NCBI GenBank assembly: GCA_044892505.1
Contig: CM097883.1
Coordinates: forward strand, 286,006,001-286,070,000
Length of the DNA: 64,000 bases
DNA from: Schmidtea nova
Lineage: Eukaryota
Direction of reading: 5' to 3'
Positions 31,401-41,530 of the stretch are shown here, piece after piece. Within the stretch, counting starts at the first letter, position 1. Each line of letters opens with the position of its first letter. The notes below the pieces were generated by a model, which made no database searches, was not told the DNA's origin, and worked only from the letters and a program-made list of their open reading frames with translations. The translations under genes were made by a program, and so were the position numbers.

Positions 31401-33364
31401 TGTTCGCAATAATCATAACGCTTATGGGACAATGTGAAGCAACGAAACAAGAGATATCAGTAGAAATGGAAGTACCAATACAAAAAGCATCAACACAAAT
31501 AATGAATTCAAAAGATATTGAACAAGTATGTTGGGTAAAAGAGAATGAAATTCTCGGAGATAACAACCTATTACGATGTATAATACCAAACCCCGAGCGA
31601 AAAACTATAATAATCGACGAAATGGATATGGAAACATGGTATAGAATATGTGTAATCAGAAAACCCAAAGACGCAGAATCACACAAAACAGTCACATGCC
31701 AAGTATACAAGACACCCAAAGTTCGATACGAGTTCGCCAATGGAATAGACCTTCCAGGACCATTTTATTTTAAAATAACAAGAGAACCAGCATCAAGAAA
31801 AGTCTTACAACAACCAAGAACCAAGATAAGAACACCAAGTATAAGGAATACAACGGATAAACCAGAAGCAAACAGAAGAAATACAACGGATAAACCAGAA
31901 CCAAAAAGACGAACGAAACAAACCACAAGAGTAATCTATAATTCCAAGTTGTTATGTATAGCACTTATTATGACAATACTGAAGCGATTGGAAGAAGGAA
32001 TAGAAATGGATACAATGACATTAATAGACATGGAAGAGACACGAATGACAAATCAAAAATGTTGGTTTAGAAACGATGAAAAATTAGAATTAAAGGAATC
32101 AAGAGAAATTCAGAAATTGGAAGCGAGTAAAACGAACAAAGTAATCAAGATAATAAAGATAAAAACAGACAGAATTCATAAACTATGTTTATTGGAAAAA
32201 GAGAGAAACAAGAAAGGAATAACCAATTGTAAAACATTCCAAGCAAGGAAAATAATAACGTTTGCAAGAAAAATGGGGAAAAGAAACAAACAGAATTTCC
32301 AGAAATTAACCATAACGTTAGAAATAACGGGAATAGAACAAAACGTAAACGGAGTATGCTGGAGAAAATACGAGAAAGAAACGAATAAACATAAATCATC
32401 ACAATGTCAAACAATCAGAGGAACAACCGCAGTACAAATAAAAAGCTTAGAAAGAAATCAAACGTACGAAATATGCCTAGTAAAGGAAAATGATCAAATA
32501 ACGAGAGAAGATTTAGAATGCAGAATATACAAAGCACCGAACAGAGTAAAAACCATTAAAGCAATACGAAAGAATAAAAGTCAACAAAAACCGAAGCATA
32601 ACACTACCGAAAGTCAAACAGAACCAGAGAGGAAAACCTCAGCAACACTTATACTGTGGAAATTGGATGACAAAACAGTGGAAATATGTTGGACAATGAT
32701 CAAGAAATACGAAGAAAGACAACCACAACAATGCGAAAAGATGAATAAAGAAGAGGGGATCAGAATTCAGAACCTACAATTGGACAAACAATACGAAATA
32801 TGCGCAATAGAGAAAGCAGACAAATTTGGAAACCAGCAAGAAAAATGTGGAAACTATTATACACCGACAAATACTATGATCAAAGGAAAAATCAAGAAAC
32901 TAACCTTCGGAGAATTGAATCAAACAACGAAACAAATAGAAAACGAGGAAGTAATAATAAATTCTTATGCCAAATGGAAACCAGAAAAAGTAATTCATGA
33001 AGTCAAAAGGAAACAACAAGAACGACAACAATTGGAACTCAAATTAAAAGGACAATATGGACCAATGATCAACCAAAGCAAATTCACCCAAATTAATATT
33101 AACAAGCAAAGAAGAGAACTAATTGGAGTAGGAATACTGGCAGTATGCGTACCAGTAATAATAATACTATCAATAATATGGCTATGGGACATAATAAAAA
33201 AGAAACCAACCAGACAATGGCCAGATATAAAGATTATGAATTGTAAAATCAAGATACCAGAAGAAGTGAAAAAAGAATTCCAAAGAAGAACCAAAGGCAA
33301 AGAATTTTGGAAGCAAATAGAAGACGAGGAGCGACACGATGAAAAAGCAGTGATGATAGTATAG
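31400..33364 (+). CDS. Type I membrane protein with four FN3-like Cys modules (654 aa)
   Basis: N-terminal hydrophobic leader, four repeats of CW...C...I..L....Y.IC....C, TM LIGVGILAVCVPVIIILSIIWLW, short cytoplasmic tail. Confidence 0.75.
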   Translation: MFAIIITLMGQCEATKQEISVEMEVPIQKASTQIMNSKDIEQVCWVKENEILGDNNLLRCIIPNPERKTIIIDEMDMETWYRICVIRKPKDAESHKTVTCQVYKTPKVRYEFANGIDLPGPFYFKITREPASRKVLQQPRTKIRTPSIRNTTDKPEANRRNTTDKPEPKRRTKQTTRVIYNSKLLCIALIMTILKRLEEGIEMDTMTLIDMEETRMTNQKCWFRNDEKLELKESREIQKLEASKTNKVIKIIKIKTDRIHKLCLLEKERNKKGITNCKTFQARKIITFARKMGKRNKQNFQKLTITLEITGIEQNVNGVCWRKYEKETNKHKSSQCQTIRGTTAVQIKSLERNQTYEICLVKENDQITREDLECRIYKAPNRVKTIKAIRKNKSQQKPKHNTTESQTEPERKTSATLILWKLDDKTVEICWTMIKKYEERQPQQCEKMNKEEGIRIQNLQLDKQYEICAIEKADKFGNQQEKCGNYYTPTNTMIKGKIKKLTFGELNQTTKQIENEEVIINSYAKWKPEKVIHEVKRKQQERQQLELKLKGQYGPMINQSKFTQININKQRRELIGVGILAVCVPVIIILSIIWLWDIIKKKPTRQWPDIKIMNCKIKIPEEVKKEFQRRTKGKEFWKQIEDEERHDEKAVMIV

Positions 33365-33484
33365 AGGGTGGGATATGACTGTAAATAATATTGTAAATTA
33401 CAAAGCATTACCGTATATAGTATGGGTATTAGTATTATAGAGTATATAAAAAGAGAAGAGAAAAATAATAATGTATTTTAGAAA

Positions 33485-33739
33485 ATGAATGTACAAGGAG
33501 AAACAACCGAAATGACTTTGACTATGCGATGGAAAGCACAATGTGAAACGTTAGTTCGATCAATTAATGCACTACAGAATCAATTGGTAGAGAAGCAAAA
33601 TATATTAGCAGATTGTTACAACAATATCTTTGAGCAGTTACATAAAATAGAAGAGCAAGAGAATAATAACAGAACTAACCAGAGAGAATCAAAGATTGAG
33701 ACAAACGATGGAAATAAATCAACTAACAAGAAGAGATAA
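33485..33739 (+). CDS. Small coiled-coil protein (84 aa)
   Basis: Heptad-like LVRSINALQNQLVEKQNIL; preceded by TTTTAG|AAA ATG like its neighbours. Confidence 0.55.
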   Translation: MNVQGETTEMTLTMRWKAQCETLVRSINALQNQLVEKQNILADCYNNIFEQLHKIEEQENNNRTNQRESKIETNDGNKSTNKKR

Positions 33740-33913
33740 ATCAGAAGGTCAATGGCTAGATTGGGTAATAAATGGATTAGAGAATGGTATAGAACCAGAT
33801 TCAACGAGCGAACCATAGTCAAATTGTAGCGGAAAATTGTAGATATGTAAAAATAAAACTCTAGAAAAATCAAAACAAAGAACAAATCAATGTATGTATA
33901 TATTATTGTAGAA

Positions 33914-35269
33914 ATGGATAAAGAGGAACGAGCAGTCGAGATTTTGAGAGCAGCCAACAGAAATTGGAACAAGAGATTTGTATGTGGATATTGTAATAAT
34001 TTATTACGGAAACCAAAGCAAACCGCCTGTGGATGTAGATTATGCACTAGATGTGTACAAATGTTAGAGTTAAAAAGAATAACAGAATGTCCAGAATGTA
34101 AAGAAGGACAAATAGTATTAGACGAAACGAGACCAGATAGAGCAACTCAGAGAGAAATCATGAGCATATTAATTGAATGTATAAATCCACCGTGCATATG
34201 GCAAGGACAAATCAGCGAAATTGAAAATCATATAGAAAATTGTGAAGAAAAGAGAAGCGAATGTGAAAAGTGTAAAGAAACGATAATTTTAAAAGACAAA
34301 GAGAAACACAGAGATGAATGCAAAGAGGAAGAAATCGCATGTGAATATTGCGAAATTCGAGAAACAAGGAGAAAAATTGAAGAGGAGCACATCAATATAA
34401 AAGAAGAGAAAATATGCGAACAGTATGTAGGAGTGTGCCCAAACAAATGTGAAATTACCGAAGAAGTGAAATTACGAGAACATTGGGAAAAGTGTACAGA
34501 AATACCAAGAGAATGTCCTTACAACAGATATGGATGCAAGGAAAAGAAGTTTCAACAAAATATGAAACAACATTTAGAAACAGAAGCAATCAATCATATT
34601 GAAATGACAAACAGAACAATTCAGAAATTGGAAAAAGAAGTGGAATCTCATAAAATAATGATGAACCTATTATTAGAAACGAGAGAACAGTTTGAATTAA
34701 CCCGAGGAAGGATGGAAAAGAAAATAATAGCCATCAAGGAATTAGCAAAAGGAATGAAAGTGCAATATAACAAGTTAATACAAGAAATTGATGAGAAAAA
34801 AGATTTACCAATAGCACCGTATGTGTGGAAATTAACGGATTTCCGAAATAAATTGGAAGATGCACGAAGCTTCAAGAAAACTGCGGTACTAAGCCCACCA
34901 TTTTACTTATGGAAAAACGGGGCTAAAGTGAGATTGAAAGTATATCCAAACGGAGATGGGAAAAGTATGGGAAAACACCTATCAATATTTTTTGCGTTTT
35001 GCAAAGGAGAATATGACGATTTAATCGATTGGCCGATAGGAGTAGGAGTAATGATAAAAATCAGGGGTTTAAACGAAACCATAGAAAAGAGATTCACGAC
35101 AGAAAAAGGAGCAGTTACGAGTAACAGACCAACAGAAGAATGTGGATTAGCAAGTGGAGAACCACACTTTGTATTACAAAGCAAGATATGGGGATTATTG
35201 TATGAGGACACCTTATACATAGAAATGGAAAGGAATGAGAAGGCAGATAGAAAAGGATGGTTGGCGTAG
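33914..35269 (+). CDS. TRAF: Full-length TRAF-family protein (RING, TRAF zinc fingers, coiled coil, MATH)
   Basis: CGYC..LL..PKQTACGCRLC..C...CPEC; several CxxC..H..C fingers; YVWKLTDF...SPPFY...LKVYPNGDG..MGKHLSIFF..KGEYDDLIDWP. Likely start ATG 33914 after TTGTAG. Confidence 0.92.
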   Translation: MDKEERAVEILRAANRNWNKRFVCGYCNNLLRKPKQTACGCRLCTRCVQMLELKRITECPECKEGQIVLDETRPDRATQREIMSILIECINPPCIWQGQISEIENHIENCEEKRSECEKCKETIILKDKEKHRDECKEEEIACEYCEIRETRRKIEEEHINIKEEKICEQYVGVCPNKCEITEEVKLREHWEKCTEIPRECPYNRYGCKEKKFQQNMKQHLETEAINHIEMTNRTIQKLEKEVESHKIMMNLLLETREQFELTRGRMEKKIIAIKELAKGMKVQYNKLIQEIDEKKDLPIAPYVWKLTDFRNKLEDARSFKKTAVLSPPFYLWKNGAKVRLKVYPNGDGKSMGKHLSIFFAFCKGEYDDLIDWPIGVGVMIKIRGLNETIEKRFTTEKGAVTSNRPTEECGLASGEPHFVLQSKIWGLLYEDTLYIEMERNEKADRKGWLA

Positions 35270-35374
35270 CAAGAGAAAATGATCGTGTAAATAAACTGTA
35301 CAAAACAATATAAAATGATAAATAAACAAAAATAATAAAAGTAGTCTGATTGAAAATATTTGTAATTATAGAAA

Positions 35375-36478
35375 ATGGGAAACGTCGAAATCAGTTTACA
35401 AGAAGTTACCGCACATCAAGATGAAGTTATTTGTGAGCATTTAGAACAAATTGAAAGTTGGATCCACGCATATTACCACAAACAAAAAGAAGTAGAAAGA
35501 CAAGCCGAACAAATAACAGAAGCCAAAAGATTAAAGCGATTAAGTCAAGATAAAATAGACGAATTATATGAATTATTAGAGAAACAAAAAGAATATTATA
35601 AAAAGATGATGAAAGAACGACGAGAAGAAAGAGAACGAGAACGAACAGAAATGGAACGGAAAATGTACTCCATTACCGAGCAAGCAAGATATTGGAAAAA
35701 AGAAGCGAAAGAATCTTATACGAAAGCAAGAGAAATAATTGAAAGAACGGCGTACAGCGATGATTGGAAATTATTTGAAGAAATCGATAAATTAAAAGAG
35801 GAATTAGAACAGAAAACCTATCAGGAAATATCGAGCAAAAAATGGAATAAAAAGAGACAACAATTCATCAGAGAGCAAGCAGGAAAAATTAAACAACTTA
35901 TGCACCAGATTGAAAGGTCGGAAAGAGAATTATATTTCAGTAAACAACAATCAGATGCAAACCTCAGAGCAGGGATGCAGAAAGAGGAAGATATGAAGCG
36001 CGATATTAATGGTTATCAAGGAGTAATCACTCAAAAGAAGATAGAATTAAAGAAAACTAAAGAAAGATTAGAAGAAGCAAAACAAAGCTATGAAGAAAAT
36101 TTATTAAAATTAGAGGAAGCAAAACAAAGCTATGAGGAAAATTTATTAAATTTAACCAAAGAAAATGAAGAGTTGAAACAAAAACTGATACAAAAATTAA
36201 CACCACCAAAAGAGACAGATATCACCAAAGCAGTAATAAAAATGATGGAAGAGGAAGAGAAAAACAATAAAATAACAGAATTAGAAAAACAGATCGAAGC
36301 ATTAACAGAACAATCAAATTATTTAGAATACCTGTTAGACGAAGAAATTCAATTGTCACACTTCTATCGAGATGAAGTAACAATGTGGAGAAACACGATA
36401 GTATGGTTACCACTCCCTACGAATCAAGTGGAACCTCAAGATGAAGGTTTTCACGAACCCAATGAGTCGTTAGTTTAA
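35375..36478 (+). CDS. Long coiled-coil protein (367 aa)
   Basis: E/K/Q-rich heptads, internal duplication LEEAKQSYEENLL x2; TTATAG|AAA ATG. Confidence 0.8.
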   Translation: MGNVEISLQEVTAHQDEVICEHLEQIESWIHAYYHKQKEVERQAEQITEAKRLKRLSQDKIDELYELLEKQKEYYKKMMKERREERERERTEMERKMYSITEQARYWKKEAKESYTKAREIIERTAYSDDWKLFEEIDKLKEELEQKTYQEISSKKWNKKRQQFIREQAGKIKQLMHQIERSERELYFSKQQSDANLRAGMQKEEDMKRDINGYQGVITQKKIELKKTKERLEEAKQSYEENLLKLEEAKQSYEENLLNLTKENEELKQKLIQKLTPPKETDITKAVIKMMEEEEKNNKITELEKQIEALTEQSNYLEYLLDEEIQLSHFYRDEVTMWRNTIVWLPLPTNQVEPQDEGFHEPNESLV

Positions 36479-36552
36479 AGAGAAGCGAAAATTCTTTGTA
36501 AATATCTGTAACATAACAATGTCAAACTGTATTGACAAATTTGTAAAGTGAA

Positions 36553-37116
36553 ATGAAGAAGCTCGCAATACTGATAATCCTAAATGTAATCGAAATCACC
36601 CAACAAAGAGAAGACCGTCCGATATCAAAAGAAAATCTACAAGTCTTACCCGAGAAAATCTATAAAGAAATAGATGATCTATTAAAAGAAGCAACTAAAG
36701 AAATTTCTCAAATTCAATTGTCAACAGCACCTAAACCAGTATCAACGCAACAAACCCTGTGCAAAATCAATAACAAATTAGAGAAGATTCGAAAAACCTT
36801 AAAAGAAAGTAAAGAAACTATAAAGAATTTACATCGAGCAGAAATTCAATACCAAGAGAGATGGATCGTTGCGATTATAATCGTATTAACAATTAGTACA
36901 ACAACCTGCGCAATTACCATTCTCATCGCAGTATACAGAATAAAAGTTCTTAAACAAAAACAATCAATCATCAATCAAACAACAGCATATGATGACAATG
37001 CCCGAAGACAAATGAGAAATCAGTTCAACAGAATACGAACCCAATACGAGTTACCAGCAATTCCACAGAACCAGTCCAATCCAGTGCGAGTTATGAACTA
37101 TTTGTATAAACCATAA
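36553..37116 (+). CDS. Small type I membrane protein (187 aa)
   Basis: Leader MKKLAILIILNVI, helical ectodomain, TM WIVAIIIVLTISTTTCAITILIAVY. Confidence 0.7.
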   Translation: MKKLAILIILNVIEITQQREDRPISKENLQVLPEKIYKEIDDLLKEATKEISQIQLSTAPKPVSTQQTLCKINNKLEKIRKTLKESKETIKNLHRAEIQYQERWIVAIIIVLTISTTTCAITILIAVYRIKVLKQKQSIINQTTAYDDNARRQMRNQFNRIRTQYELPAIPQNQSNPVRVMNYLYKP

Positions 37117-37306
37117 AGACGTGACAAAATATTTGATTAACAATTTTCTGAATTTTCTATATTTTCTTCGTGATTACGTATAGACTAAACTCACTTTATG
37201 TGAATCTTTATGCTTATGTATCAAACGTAGAAATTTTTATGAATGTTGAATACAAGTAATATTGTATAATTAATTGCGGGACGCAATTTTAGGGGTCCCC
37301 GAGTGA

Positions 37307-40131
37307 TGTTGGATCCACCATTTGGTCCACATTTAGCATAAAAAATAATAATTATAAGAAATAAAATAAGAATAAATTAAAATAAATATAATTATGAAAA
37401 TATCAGTAAAAACGAATTAAAATGTAATAAAGAATATTAATTTTCTATCAAAATTTAGAAGAAAGTAAATAGAAAATGTAAAAGTGTTAAAGAAACAATG
37501 ATATTTAATTATATTTAAGGAAAAATAAAGAAATAATAAAGAAAAAGAATTACAAAAAATATTAAAAATCAAAATAGCAAATCGCTAGCAATTGACAACA
37601 AAATCAATTGATTTTAGCGTAATAAAAGTTATTAATTGTGCTGATCTGATGCTCAGCTTCACGCTGATTGGTCCAAGCTTTGATCTGATCAGTATATATA
37701 CTGATACAGATCCAGATAATTTTAATGTTTTTTATATGCTTTTTAGTTATTGAGAATATTCAAATTTGAGATCATTCTTAAAACCAAAGGTATGGATTAT
37801 TGATTGTTTTTATTTGTGTAATTTTATTGTGAAGTTCTGACATTGCCATTATGTTTATCCAATTAATAAAATGTTTTTCGAATATGATTTATTTTTTTTT
37901 GTGGTTGAATATAGAATTAAATCAAGCTTCTTCCACTGTGCAATCAGTGGTAGGAGACGACTTTATATATCTATTATATATCTTTTATTGAGCTTCTTCC
38001 ATCGTGTAATCGGTGGAAGGAGGCAACATTATGTTGTGATATTAACAATTAGGTTGAAGTATATTTTTATAAACAATTTTTGGGTCGAGCTTCTTCCACT
38101 GTGAAATCAGTGGAAGGAGGCGAATATATATATTATCTATATACCGTATTTATAGTAGAAAATTACGTACGATTTAAGGGGCTCCGATCACCGTGCAATC
38201 GGTGAAATGGAGGCATACTGTGCCGAGTAGAAACGACTGCTCCGTACAGTTAGGCCGTCCGACCGGTGTAAAGCGCCGTGACGAGGGTAGGAATTCTTAT
38301 TTAACAATGATTTTTAACCCTATTTTTCACTGGATAGTATAACCAGTTGAAGTTTTATTTTATAATCGATTTAAATTTTTTGAGTTTATAGTTAAGTTGA
38401 GTTTTGATTTTAGTTGGATACAGATGTAACTGCGATTTGAGTAATCTGATTTTACCTTGAGATTCACAGAGTGTTAGCGTATATTTTTCGATTGTCACAT
38501 CTGGGGTTTGTGGGCATAGAGCGGCAGATACACGGTTAAGAATTTGTACAAAATATAATTTTAATAACAACATAAAAATCGATAACTCTAATAACGTAGT
38601 GATCTACTACGCAAGTAACATAGCAGCAATAGGCTATAGGTTCAAACATTCCACATAAATAATTAAACATAATTGCTTATCCTGAACCCTGTACATAGGG
38701 CAGTGGATCTTAGTTTATTTTAATAATTTTCTTATCCTGATTGCTGTATATAGCACAGGCGTAACTAAATAAAATGCATTATGAAATAAATGTATCTGAT
38801 CGCTGTACATAGCGACAGTGTTGAAAGTGTAATAGGTAAATCATTTTCTCTTCCTGAATTCGCAATTAATGATTGTCGAAAGTATGAGAATCGTTCAAAG
38901 CAAGACTGCCAATTTCATGTTAATAAACCATTTTGAATTTTAGAAAATGTCAGCCAACACAGCAACTAATCAAGCCGAATTAGATAAAGCATGGAGGATA
39001 ATTCGCAGCCTCGAAAAGGAAATGCTGCGAAAATCGGAAAAAATAAAAGAAGCCGATGGCATAATCTCCAACCTAAAGAAAAGCTGGTTCAGTCCAGAAC
39101 AAATGAAAATACAAATTACAAAAACTCAACGCTCTCAGCGAGCTAACAGCGAATTACAAATGGAATTAGACGCGACGAAGATGGAATTAAAGAAATGCCT
39201 AAAATCCGTAACGGCATCGTATTTAACTCAAGAGCTCAGCCAGCTCATTCGACCAATCACTTATCAGCATTGGGCTGACGAGAAAGCAGGATGCACAAAA
39301 GGAACGAACACCGAGGAACCCTCTCAGGTTCAAGCAACAACAGCAGCCAGTACACCAAAGAACCCGATAAATCCAGAAGTCAAGAAGAAAAAGAAGAGCA
39401 AGATGGGCGCACGTCAGCGTCGCTGGAAGAAACAAGTTCTTCAGCAATTGGCTCAACAATCCAAAGAAATTCCAGAAATTGATTTGACCATGAATTTTGC
39501 AATATCGGATGAAGACATTACCAAATACTTTGAATAGAACTTCTGTGATTTAGTATTTTCGCTTATTAAATAATTTTTGTTTGTATTTATTTTATGGTAA
39601 AGTATAGAAAATAGAGTGATTTATTAAAAAATTTAAAATAATTTAAAGGAAAATATAGAATAAATTAACTATACATTAGAATTAACAATAAGATTAACAT
39701 AAATCTAATAAACAATAGAAGCATTTAAGAGATAATAAATTGTAATTGATGAAGGATTATTTGTTGATATTGTAAAGAAGGGGGCTGAAAGAAAAGTAGA
39801 GAGTTGAAATATATTGTAGAGAAAGGGGGGCTAAAGAGACATTGAAATGAAAGATAATGGATGCGGATAGATTAAAGTTAAAGCGTAAGTCCTTCTATCG
39901 GCAGCGAGACGAACCCGTGAACATAAATGGGGAGTAGTTTTAGCAATAGAGCTCACCTGCCCATCATTGTTCAGACACCTTGCACTTTTCCAACTCGATT
40001 ATTACAGGGAAATGATCGAGGGTGCTCGTGTGATATGTAAGCATTTTATGTGAGGTTTTGGATGGAGGAATCCCTAGAGCGTTTTGTTTAATTTACTATT
40101 GTTGTTTTAACCCAATCCGAAACCAACAACA
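37307..40131 (+). repeat. 3' LTR (2825 bp)
   Basis: Copy of 15295-18118, followed by TTAT. Confidence 0.95.
38947..39537 (+). CDS. Second copy of the LTR-encoded basic protein
   Basis: Differs from 16935-17525 by N>S and I>T. Confidence 0.8.
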   Translation: MSANTATNQAELDKAWRIIRSLEKEMLRKSEKIKEADGIISNLKKSWFSPEQMKIQITKTQRSQRANSELQMELDATKMELKKCLKSVTASYLTQELSQLIRPITYQHWADEKAGCTKGTNTEEPSQVQATTAASTPKNPINPEVKKKKKSKMGARQRRWKKQVLQQLAQQSKEIPEIDLTMNFAISDEDITKYFE

Positions 40132-40389
40132 TTATTAAAAAACGACATTACTTATTTGTCGACCTAATATAATAAATTTATATTTTCCCAGAATTTCATA
40201 AAATTCACTGGAAACAATGCCATTTCGTGAAGATGAAATTGGAATATAGTATCACTTTTTTTATTTATTAAAATATTTATTATGGTCAGCCTTTCAGATA
40301 TTTCAGGTACCTCGAACAACTGCATTTCGTCAGATATCCGAAAAATGTTTGAAAATTGTAAGTTGACCTAATATATATTGAAAAAGTTA

Positions 40390-41530
40390 TTAGATTTTTA
40401 TAGGATTTCAGCTATCGACAAAGCCAGAATTATAAACGCAAAGGAAAATAAACAAGATTACTTCCGTTTGGAAGTTTATTTGGGATTTCAAAAAATTCTA
40501 TAAGAAAAATAATTTATAAATATGAAAAATATGGGCCACCTACACAAAAAACACAAGAAGTGGTAGCAAGCCTCGAATTTTAAAAGAAACAGGGATTAAG
40601 TTATTAGATTATTTAGAAACCAATGTTGGTGCAACCTTAGAAGAAATGAGAAAATTCCTCAATGAATTAAATTGCGACATAGCAAAAATATGGGCCACCT
40701 ACACAAAAAACACAAGAAGTGGTAGCAAGCCTCGAATTTTAAAAGAAACAGGGATTAAGTTATTAGATTATTTAGAAACCAATGTTGGTGCAACCTTAGA
40801 AGAAATCAGAAAATTCCTCAATGAACTAAATTGCGACATAGCAAGAGCGACAATTTTTAGGTTTTTGAACAGGAATCTAATCATATTAAAGATAAGACCA
40901 TGTGTAACTGCTCGAAATTCAGAGCGCGTCCTCGAATTAAAGTTACATAAAGTAACTCGCTTTTTAGATGAAAATTTTAATTTATATCGACGAGTGCGGA
41001 TTTAATTCATGGTCAGGCCAGAATCTGGGATGGAAGAAAAAAGATGAAAAAAATTATCAGATAGTACCAACTAACCTAGGCCAAAATATGTCACTGGCTC
41101 GCAATTGGTTTAAAAGGACCAGTACATAACAAATAAATAGTTGGATCATTCAAAAAAGAAACTTACCTAGTTTTCATATATCAATTAACGTCCGAATTGG
41201 ATGATACAGGATACCATTTAATACATGATAATGTTTCGATACATGGTGGAGCAATATCCGAAAACAATTTCGTTGATAATCTACCACCATATAACCCTTT
41301 TCTTAACCCAATCGAAGGTTTATTTAGCAAAGTAAAATGCAGTTTACGAAATACAATATCTCAATTAAATGGCTTCTCCACAATGTCTTTCCAAACAGAT
41401 TTTGTTTGGTGAAAACTGCTCTTAAAGACGAATTAAATAAAGATGAATATAAAGATTTGGAAATTTTTTTCATACATGTTCGCCGATTTCTTTCCATATT
41501 TTTTCGAAAAATTGAAATCTTTGGAAATTA
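40390..41530 (+). pseudogene. Tc1/IS630-like transposase relic with a 159 bp tandem duplication
   Basis: GSKPRILKE...TLEEIR HTH region duplicated (ATGGGCC at 40531 and 40690); LIHDNVSIH...LPPYNPFLNPIE. Confidence 0.7.

Larger units (their letters stand above)
15295..40131 (+). mobile_element. Giant (24.8 kb) LTR retroelement with env-like and host-derived accessory genes, lacking RT/RH/IN
   Basis: Two ~2.8 kb direct repeats offset by 22012 bp, TGTTG...CAACA termini, TTAT on both sides (15291-15294, 40132-40135), PBS after the 5' LTR, Gag and retropepsin motifs inside. Confidence 0.95.

Noticed and set aside
21442-36413. Many minus-strand ORFs (e.g. 21963-22814, 283 aa; 25369-25908) as antisense genes
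   Set aside because: Leu/Phe/Ser-rich shadows of an A-rich sense strand that rarely generates antisense stops; no recognisable domains.
15295-40131. Polinton/Maverick or endogenous large DNA virus
   Set aside because: Ends are direct LTRs with PBS and a 4 bp TSD; no pPolB, packaging ATPase, jelly-roll capsid or adenoviral protease motifs.
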